Virus record (IMG/VR): IMGVR_UViG_3300022602_000268
Span: 1 to 33,814 of that record
Direction: 5' to 3' (one strand)
Source: a virus
Lineage: Duplodnaviria > Caudoviricetes
DNA: 33,814 nt
A model generated the notes under the pieces. It was not told the origin of the DNA. It worked only from the letters and a program-made list of their open reading frames with translations, and searched no databases. The translations under genes and the position numbers were made by a program. Below are positions 8,317 to 15,402 of this stretch, piece by piece (the stretch's first letter is position 1; every line of letters starts with the position of its first letter).

Positions 8317-8888
8317 ATCCACAACCCCCTGTAGTATTTACCAAACAACACCAACCCTCTGCTAATACGCTCATTCATTGCATTTAACCCATCCCAGTCG
8401 CAATCCGCTTGGGCATCCGCTTTGTAATACTCGTTCTCCCACTCATTACTCACGATATGCTCGTGTGCAAAAATCATCTCGTCTAGCACCCACTCCCATC
8501 GCTTGAAGTGGTTATCATCTACGTCATAACTTTGTTCTGGTTTGGGTGCATTGGTTGACCGTATTTCCTCTGGCACATCCTCGTCTTGCACATAAGGTGC
8601 GCCTTGTGTTGTTGCTTTCAACTGCTTTAGTAAGGGTAAGATAATTAAAGATAGCGTATGGTCTGCGCTCCATGTATCCCACTCATCTATATGCACCTTG
8701 ATTGTGCGCTTGCGCTTATTCTCTACCCACAAGAACGCTTTCTGCAACCATGAATCATTCTTCTCCCCTGCTAACCACTCGCCTAGCATCATAACTTTGT
8801 CATCGTTCTTGTCTTTCCAGAACAGCAGGTTTTCAGCTAACTGATAGCACCCGTACCAACTTTTATAGTTACCAATGTTAACTTTCAT
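8313..8888 (-). CDS. Trp-rich hypothetical phage protein
   Basis: 191-aa ORF, coupled to the upstream gene. Confidence 0.85.
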   Translation of the reverse strand: MKVNIGNYKSWYGCYQLAENLLFWKDKNDDKVMMLGEWLAGEKNDSWLQKAFLWVENKRKRTIKVHIDEWDTWSADHTLSLIILPLLKQLKATTQGAPYVQDEDVPEEIRSTNAPKPEQSYDVDDNHFKRWEWVLDEMIFAHEHIVSNEWENEYYKADAQADCDWDGLNAMNERISRGLVLFGKYYRGLWI

Positions 8889-9132
8889 TTCTCATCCTCT
8901 CTGCGTCTTTGCTTGCGCTCTCGTTTATTACTTCTAAGGGTATACCCGCCATGTCCATACGGCGGTACGGTTGCGTCCAGTCCCATATCTCATCGAACGT
9001 ATGCGAAAACCGCCCAAACAAATCCAGAAACTTATACTCCTCGCACACTATGCAATGCCATGTAAAGCTTTTGCACCGCTTACCTATGTTGCTAGTTAGC
9101 AGTCGGTGTTTCAGTTTGCGTACTTTCATCAC
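8878..9132 (-). CDS. Hypothetical protein
   Basis: AAGGA SD. Start at GTG 9132 or ATG 9129. Confidence 0.7.
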   Translation of the reverse strand: MMKVRKLKHRLLTSNIGKRCKSFTWHCIVCEEYKFLDLFGRFSHTFDEIWDWTQPYRRMDMAGIPLEVINESASKDAERMRNES

Positions 9133-9150
9133 GTTGTCCTTAATTAAGTA

Positions 9151-9471
9151 TTATGGTTTTTCCGTTACTAAAAATCCAGCTTGCAATATCAAAGGGTGAA
9201 TGCCTTCTCGCATTTGCAATATCAAGGGAGTCGCTACATACAGTTCTTTACCCCACAATTTAACGCTCTTATCTTCCGAACACGCATTCCATTTCAACGC
9301 ATCGTCAAATACCATTTTGCTACCTACCTCGCCAACAACTGTTATGTTGCGCTCAGCGAATACCTCTCGCCAGTTTTTCGGCATCATCTCGTTGTAGAAG
9401 TCAGTCTCCCCATAAGCTAGCTCCCCTATGCAAGCAGATATTGCCAGTCCAGTCCGTATCTCTTTCATCAC
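9151..9471 (-). CDS. Hypothetical protein
   Basis: GTGA overlap with the upstream gene. Confidence 0.7.
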   Translation of the reverse strand: MMKEIRTGLAISACIGELAYGETDFYNEMMPKNWREVFAERNITVVGEVGSKMVFDDALKWNACSEDKSVKLWGKELYVATPLILQMREGIHPLILQAGFLVTEKP

Positions 9472-9683
9472 ATTGTCCTTTTAGGGTTAAGTTGTTTGAG
9501 CATGCTCATGTCGCTGATGTGCATATAGTTGCTTTTGTTAATAGGTGCTATGGTGTGTTTAACTTGTTTAGCTTGCAAGTCTCCGCATGGTAAGCACGTT
9601 GTGTAGCCCAGACGATGCCGCCCTAGCGGTACATAACCGCCATAACATTTGCTGCATAAATACTTGCTGTCCTCGTTGTGCAT
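9468..9683 (-). CDS. DksA/TraR-like C4 zinc-finger protein (start revised to MHNEDSKY)
   Basis: CSKC-x5-P-x2-R-x7-CLPC resembles the DksA/TraR finger. GGGAG SD. Confidence 0.6.
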   Translation of the reverse strand: MHNEDSKYLCSKCYGGYVPLGRHRLGYTTCLPCGDLQAKQVKHTIAPINKSNYMHISDMSMLKQLNPKRTM

Positions 9684-9725
9684 GACGTTCTCCCTGAAAA
9701 ATAACATTTGTTATATCGTTGTGGG

Positions 9726-9935
9726 TTAAGTCGTTGTGTGGTGTGTATTAAGTATGTCTAGGCAAACCTCGATACGCTCCCGTATAACCTGAGTGCGAAA
9801 TTCGTCAAGCCCATTGGGGTTATTCATAGCAAGCCAAATGCTCCGTAAAAAACGCAAACAATCCAATCTATCTTTTTCCATCTTGCCGATGGTTTGCTCT
9901 AAGCTGTGTACATCAAGTATGTGTTGTTCGTTCAT
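9726..9935 (-). CDS. Hypothetical protein
   Basis: GGAG SD. Confidence 0.7.
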   Translation of the reverse strand: MNEQHILDVHSLEQTIGKMEKDRLDCLRFLRSIWLAMNNPNGLDEFRTQVIRERIEVCLDILNTHHTTT

Positions 9936-9950
9936 AATGTTATCTCCGCA

Positions 9951-10181
9951 TTAAGAGTGATAGTTTCTTTTTCCCTGCTCGGCTTGCAGCATATCGTCAA
10001 GTGCATCGTGTACGCCTAGTTGATATTCGGGACACATTTCATAGGAGATAAAGTTAAGATTCTCCTCGATAGCATCGGCATAGCCACGAATGTATGAAGT
10101 GAATTGTGAGGGTAATGTTAAGTTATCTAATGTTATGGCGTTGGACGTTGTAATGTTATGGGGTGTGGTTTGAGCGGGCAT
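9951..10181 (-). CDS. Hypothetical protein; 5' part overlaps the repeat array
   Basis: TAAGGAG SD before ATG 10181. Confidence 0.65.
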   Translation of the reverse strand: MPAQTTPHNITTSNAITLDNLTLPSQFTSYIRGYADAIEENLNFISYEMCPEYQLGVHDALDDMLQAEQGKRNYHS

Positions 10182-10510
10182 ACTAAAGACTCCTTAGAAT
10201 GTTATGGAAATAGGGGTAATGTTATGTTAAATGTTATGGAAAATGGAAAATTAGATAACAATGCAAGAACCGCATGAACACTAGCTGAGCGTAAAGAAAT
10301 CGGGTGTAATGTTATTTTGTTATAAGAAATAATATATATGAAGCAAAGTGAAAGTACTTTGTGCTTGCTCTACATTGTTATCTCTTTCAGTCTGAAAATC
10401 TGGAACATATATGTTTTTTCACATAACATTGTAACATTACGCTAAGTCATTGATTTTATTACATTGTTATCATAACATTAGACTTGACACTAAATAACAT
10501 CGTAACATTA
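10113..10510. repeat. Array of AATGTTA/TAACATT heptamers in inverted arrangement around an AT-rich core (origin- or operator-like)
   Basis: AATGTTA at 10114, 10129, 10152, 10198, 10218, 10230, 10308. TAACATT at 10424, 10432, 10473, 10503. Single-mismatch variants also present. Confidence 0.85.
10443..10455 (-). promoter_or_regulatory. IHF consensus site
   Basis: Minus strand AATCAATGACTTA matches WATCAANNNNTTR exactly. Confidence 0.6.
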
Positions 10511-10537
10511 GCAGGGTTTACCCGCATATTGTTAACT

Positions 10538-10792
10538 TTACACACGAGATTTGATGCCAAAGGTTTGCGCTGAATGCACAGCATGAAGGGTTGATGATTG
10601 TGGTGAACGTGGTATGTCAAACCCACGCACCGATGGACGTTCTGCACCTAATGTTAACTTTGTAGGCGATGGCATTGTCCCACGTACTACGCTATGCACA
10701 CGAGGTGCATTTGATGCGGGCATTAGAGTTGCACTTACACTACTACGCAATAAGTTAACAATGTCGGCGCTTAGCATTTTACCAAGTTGCAT
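10538..10792 (-). CDS. Hypothetical protein (start revised to MQLGKMLS)
   Basis: AAGGA SD before ATG 10792. Confidence 0.55.
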   Translation of the reverse strand: MQLGKMLSADIVNLLRSSVSATLMPASNAPRVHSVVRGTMPSPTKLTLGAERPSVRGFDIPRSPQSSTLHAVHSAQTFGIKSRV

Positions 10793-10862
10793 AACATTAT
10801 CCTTGAGGTTGCAATGGACGCCCTTGCGGGCGTTTCGTCTCATTAAGACTCATCAGCATTGC

Positions 10863-11468
10863 TTACGCTGCCTTTTTGTACACACGACCACGAGCCTCGA
10901 GCAACTGGTCGATTAACTCTAACTCTGAATCTGACAACAATACCTTCTGACCATTTTTGGTAAACAAGCAACTAGCATGGTCATTACTGGTAAAACGCTC
11001 ATTGACTACCAACGCACCCATATCGTCATTTTGTTTCTTCATGCGCTCGACCAATGATGCAACGGCATCGGACGCACGTGACTCAGGCGTACCCTTGAGG
11101 GGCTTGACAACTTTCTCTTTAACTTCGGTTACTTCAGTTTCGAACACGGGACGAGTTTTAATCGTCTCGAATACTTTGGCTTGACGTTTTTTGTCAACAA
11201 CGCCCATGACCTTGTACAGTTTCTCACCCGCTTTAGGTGCAATAACATCTAGCCCTGCACGAGTAAACCAACGGGACAACGCTGCCTGTACGAATTTAGG
11301 CGTATTGTCGAGTAGATACTGAGCGAACGACACATTATCACCGCCATAAGCCTTCTGAACCGCAACAATACCCAACTCTTGAGCCTTGCTAGCGATACCA
11401 GATGATTGGCGATTAAGCGAACCAACTTGCTCGATAAACTGTTTAGTAACCACGTTAGCGTTAGACAT
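10863..11468 (-). CDS. First gene of the early arm, hypothetical (start revised to MSNANVVTK)
   Basis: GGAGA SD before ATG 11468. 201 aa. Confidence 0.85.
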   Translation of the reverse strand: MSNANVVTKQFIEQVGSLNRQSSGIASKAQELGIVAVQKAYGGDNVSFAQYLLDNTPKFVQAALSRWFTRAGLDVIAPKAGEKLYKVMGVVDKKRQAKVFETIKTRPVFETEVTEVKEKVVKPLKGTPESRASDAVASLVERMKKQNDDMGALVVNERFTSNDHASCLFTKNGQKVLLSDSELELIDQLLEARGRVYKKAA

Positions 11469-11759
11469 AGTAATTTCTCCGATAGGGATAAGAGGATAGC
11501 TTGTCACCGATTAGCAACAAACACTATCCAGTTATCCCCGTCACACTATGGACATAACTATACGATAGCTATGCTTTGCATAACGGGATTAACTTGTATA
11601 TCATGTTCAATTCTTACAGACGTGCTAAGGCTTAGTATCCTAGGGCAAAAACAAACCCTTCGACTAGGCGCAACGTATTAGCTAAAGCCGAACACTCAAC
11701 GAATCGAGATAGGCGATAATGTACGCAAGCAAACCTTGCCTGTAAAAACTGAATCACTT

Positions 11760-11771
11760 TGTTAAAGAACG
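11760..11771 (-). promoter_or_regulatory. boxA-like antitermination element
   Basis: Minus strand CGTTCTTTAACA, one mismatch to the extended boxA consensus CGCTCTTTAACA. Correctly oriented in the leader of the leftward operon. Confidence 0.65.
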
Positions 11772-11904
11772 AGGCACTAACTACACCAAACTGCGCCGCT
11801 CAACTTCTGGACTTTACCCGAACATTGCCGCTTGGTATGATTCTAGTAAGCCTGAATGATGCGAGTTAAGCAATCAATTTATCGAATTTAATTAAACTAT
11901 TTAA

Positions 11905-12166
11905 TCCACCCGATTTCCCCTATTCAAACGCGAATAATTCCCATTCGTATCGGCTACCCCTACCCCACAAATTTATACTTAGGATTCCTTAGCCCCGCTA
12001 TACTCTATGATCCGCACAACCAATCCCACGCCACCAAAATTCCACCCCCTTTACTAAATAAGTCTTAGCCCCCCACCCCCTATATAAAATTTTCCCGAGC
12101 ACTGCACATCCTGCACGTAATTGACCCCCCTTATCTTTTTATTACCTCCCACACCCCCCCTCCCCC
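11905..12166. other. Non-coding poly-C-tract region between the divergent arms
   Basis: More than a dozen C3-C7 runs on +, very few G. Confidence 0.8.
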
Positions 12167-12203
12167 TATATAATTAGTTAAGTCTAGCTAACCGGAGGAA
12201 GTA

Positions 12204-12869
12204 ATGAATCAGATCGAGATCGACATCAAAAGCTTATCTAAGGACATGCAGACATGGGTCAACTTTGAAATCGCCACAAGCAATGCACACGACATAGGGG
12301 TCAAGCTGCTACGCAAGCAAGCTGTAAAGGTAGACGGGGTAAGATGCTCTGGTTACTTCTGCGACTCAGCGCCAGAGCTAGTGGTGGCGTGTTACATGCC
12401 TGATAATAAGTGGTTGCCGATACTGGTTCACGAGAGCTGCCACAGAGATCAGTTCATACAAAACGTGCCTATATGGGATCAGCAGATTGAGTGGAAGGGA
12501 GAAGTTTATGCACCACTTGACTTGCTTCATCAGTGGTTGACTAAAGAGATAGAGCTGCCCAAAGCTAAGATTAAAGAGGTAGTCACCGCTTGTGCTGCAT
12601 TAGAACTAGACTGCGAGATCAGGTCCGCTGCTAAGATTAACGAGTTCTATCTACCTCTTAATAGTAAGGAATACGTACAAAAGGCAAATGCTTATGTATA
12701 CTTTTACCTCGTCATGGCTCATACCCGTGCTTGGTACCCCAAAGGAAAGTCACCGTTTTACTTAGCAGATGTATGGACTAAGATGCCGACCGACTTCAAC
12801 AACGACTATACGAAGTTGCCACCTAAGTTTAAGAAGTTATTCTTAGAGAGATGCTTTAATGCCCATTAA
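12204..12869 (+). CDS. Putative zincin-like metalloprotein
   Basis: HExxH (LVHESCH) with a downstream ELDCE third-ligand candidate. GGAGG SD. Confidence 0.65.
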   Translation: MNQIEIDIKSLSKDMQTWVNFEIATSNAHDIGVKLLRKQAVKVDGVRCSGYFCDSAPELVVACYMPDNKWLPILVHESCHRDQFIQNVPIWDQQIEWKGEVYAPLDLLHQWLTKEIELPKAKIKEVVTACAALELDCEIRSAAKINEFYLPLNSKEYVQKANAYVYFYLVMAHTRAWYPKGKSPFYLADVWTKMPTDFNNDYTKLPPKFKKLFLERCFNAH

Positions 12870-13236
12870 AGACCCGGAAGAACGTAAGCGTAAACATAAA
12901 GAATATTCACGGAAATACTACTTAGCTAACAAAGAAAAGGTACTTGCCGCTACGACGGCAGCTAAGAAAAAGGCGCGAGAGTATTGGGACAAATTCAAGG
13001 CTACACTGGCTTGCGAAAAATGCGGACAAAATCACCCCGCTACGTTGGACTTCCATCACATCGTTAGAGATAAGTCTAACAGAAAAGTACACGAGCTTCT
13101 ACGTAATTGGAACATAGGAGCTGCTAAAGAAGAAATAAAGAAGTGCCAAGTGCTTTGCGCTAACTGCCATCGCATACATCACTACGAGGAGCATAAGACT
13201 GCTAAAGCTGCCAAAGTTGCAAAACGTAAAAAATAA
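12859..13236 (+). CDS. HNH endonuclease-like protein
   Basis: CEKCG...LDFHH...LCANCHRIHH. Confidence 0.85.
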   Translation: MPIKDPEERKRKHKEYSRKYYLANKEKVLAATTAAKKKAREYWDKFKATLACEKCGQNHPATLDFHHIVRDKSNRKVHELLRNWNIGAAKEEIKKCQVLCANCHRIHHYEEHKTAKAAKVAKRKK

Positions 13237-13244
13237 GATATACT
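13217..13244 (+). promoter_or_regulatory. Sigma70-like promoter upstream of terS
   Basis: TTGCAA-N16-TATACT. Confidence 0.55.
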
Positions 13245-13281
13245 GCGCATATCACCGTACACCTAGCGGTAGCAAAAACCT

Positions 13282-13872
13282 ATGATTACAATTGAACCGT
13301 CGAAGGGACCCAAAGTGCCGTATAACACGGACGACGAGAAACCTAAGACCTTTCAAGACGAACTTGCTGTAACGGCAAACACTGTAGATATGCTTGAGGA
13401 ATTAGGCATGTCAATAGAAGCGTCTCCGGAAGAATTGGAGAAGACTAAGAAATTAGTTACGTCAGCGATACAGAACCAAAAGGCGTCGGCCCTACAGCAA
13501 CCCACCGCTGCCTATGCAGCAAAAGAATTCCTCAAACAGTACGCCAATCAGTTGGCAATGGATGTGCATGAGACTCGTTCGGCTATCACTGCTAAGCTTA
13601 TGGAGATCGCTAACTGCGGCGACCCTAGGTACGAACTCAAGGCACTCGAGCTACTTGGCAAGCACAGCGACATCGGGCTATTCACCGAGCGAAGCGAAAT
13701 TACAGTCAACTACAAGTCGTCGTCAGACTTAGAAAATGCAATCAAAGAGCGGGTTAAAAGATTGCTTAATGCTGATGTAATAGATGTTGTGCCCATAAGC
13801 GATACGTTGGAAGAAGAGTTGCACATTGAGCTGCAACCGGATGACGTCGAGGAAGAACCCGATGAGCATTGA
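13282..13872 (+). CDS. Putative terminase small subunit
   Basis: Directly upstream of and overlapping terL. LKALELLGKH..lF motif typical of TerS. Confidence 0.7.
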   Translation: MITIEPSKGPKVPYNTDDEKPKTFQDELAVTANTVDMLEELGMSIEASPEELEKTKKLVTSAIQNQKASALQQPTAAYAAKEFLKQYANQLAMDVHETRSAITAKLMEIANCGDPRYELKALELLGKHSDIGLFTERSEITVNYKSSSDLENAIKERVKRLLNADVIDVVPISDTLEEELHIELQPDDVEEEPDEH

Positions 13873-15394
13873 CCAGAACATAGACCTCGACAAAATACCC
13901 AGCATATTGAGTAAGTTGTCAGCAGCCGAGCAAAGGCAGCTATTGGTTGAGCTAGATAAGTTAGAAGAGCTTAAGGCTAAAGAGTTATCGCAGAAAAGGT
14001 TCTTGGCGTTCGTGGAGAAAGTGTGGCCGTCGTTTATAGCGGGTAGACACCATGCAAGAATGGCTGCGGCGTTTGAGGAGGTGGCCAATGGTACATGTAA
14101 GCGACTTATTATTAATATGCCTCCTCGTCACACTAAGTCTGAGTTTGCATCTTATCTTCTCCCAGCTTGGTTCTTGGGTAAGTTCCCGGGTAAAAAGGTT
14201 ATTCAAACGTCTCACACCGCTGAATTGGCTGTCGGCTTTGGTAGAAAAGTTAGGAACTTGGTCGATTCGGAAGTGTATAAGTCAATATTTCCGGGAGTTG
14301 GACTACAAGCGGACTCTAAAGCTGCTGGCCGGTGGGCGACTAACGCTGGTGGAGACTACTTTGCTATCGGTGTGGGCGGTGCTGTTACGGGTAAAGGCGC
14401 GGATATCCTCATTATTGACGACCCACACTCAGAACAAGAAGCAACCATAGCGGAAAATAACCCAGAAGTCTACGACAAAACGTACGAGTGGTACACATCA
14501 GGTCCTCGGCAGCGTCTACAACCGGGTGGGGCTATCGTTATAGTGATGACTCGCTGGTCAAAACGTGATTTAACAGGTCAAGTTCTCAAATCTTCGCTGG
14601 AAAGAAATGGAGAAGAGTGGAAAGTAATCGAATTTCCTGCAATTTTACCTAGTGGCAACCCACTTTGGCCTGAATTTTGGCCCTTAGAACAGTTAGAAGC
14701 CCTTAGACATGAACTTCCGATAGGAAAATGGCAGGCTCAGTACCAGCAACAACCTACTTCTGACGTAAATGCTATCGTAAAACGTGAATGGTGGAAGATT
14801 TGGGACGGGGATAACGCACCATATTGTGATTTTGTCATCCAAAGTTGGGATACGGCGTTCCTAAAAACACAGCGAAGTGACTATTCAGCATGCACAACGT
14901 GGGGTGTTTTCTACCATGATGACGATACAGGCGTATCACAGGCCAATATTATATTACTAAATGCGTTCAAAAAACGTATGGAATTCCCAGAATTAAAGCA
15001 AAAAGCAATGGAACAATACCAGCAATGGGAGCCAGATGCACTTATAGTTGAAGCAAAAGCGTCCGGTGCGCCGTTGTTATTTGAGCTAAGAGCGATGGGA
15101 ATACCGGTGCAGGATTATACTCCTAGTAAAGGCAATGATAAAATTGCCCGATTAAACTCCGTTGCGGATATGTTTGCGAGTGGATTTGTGTGGGTGCCTA
15201 ATACACATTGGGCAGAAGAGCTTGTCGAAGAGGTTGCATCATTTCCTTCAGGCGAGCATGATGACTTAGTTGACTCCATGACCCAAGCTTTAATGCGTTT
15301 CCGTAGGGGCGGGTTTATTCGTCTGCACTCTGACGAACCCGAAGAGATTCGGTATTTTAAATCAAAACGCAACGCTGGGTTTTATAACGTATAG
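13862..15394 (+). CDS. terL: Terminase large subunit (start revised to MSIDQNID)
   Basis: PPRHTKS Walker A variant, ILIIDD Walker B, MTRW coupling motif, nuclease SWDTA and HDDLVDS motifs. Confidence 0.95.
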   Translation: MSIDQNIDLDKIPSILSKLSAAEQRQLLVELDKLEELKAKELSQKRFLAFVEKVWPSFIAGRHHARMAAAFEEVANGTCKRLIINMPPRHTKSEFASYLLPAWFLGKFPGKKVIQTSHTAELAVGFGRKVRNLVDSEVYKSIFPGVGLQADSKAAGRWATNAGGDYFAIGVGGAVTGKGADILIIDDPHSEQEATIAENNPEVYDKTYEWYTSGPRQRLQPGGAIVIVMTRWSKRDLTGQVLKSSLERNGEEWKVIEFPAILPSGNPLWPEFWPLEQLEALRHELPIGKWQAQYQQQPTSDVNAIVKREWWKIWDGDNAPYCDFVIQSWDTAFLKTQRSDYSACTTWGVFYHDDDTGVSQANIILLNAFKKRMEFPELKQKAMEQYQQWEPDALIVEAKASGAPLLFELRAMGIPVQDYTPSKGNDKIARLNSVADMFASGFVWVPNTHWAEELVEEVASFPSGEHDDLVDSMTQALMRFRRGGFIRLHSDEPEEIRYFKSKRNAGFYNV

Positions 15395-15402
15395 GACAGA
15401 TT

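Noticed and set aside
10113-10510. Possible CRISPR array
   Set aside because: Repeats are only 7-11 bp, irregularly spaced and in both orientations. No cas genes.
10459-10647. 62-aa minus-strand ORF
   Set aside because: It overlaps a better-supported ORF and runs into the repeat array. No SD.
581-11681. Plus-strand ORFs in the left arm (e.g. 3260..3673, 4810..5229, 5260..5586, 10614..10916)
   Set aside because: They are antisense shadows of well-supported, coupled minus-strand genes, with no SD and no protein-like motifs.
11508-12203. tRNA or att/integration site in the central non-coding region
   Set aside because: No cloverleaf or T-loop consensus was recognised, and there is no integrase in the window.
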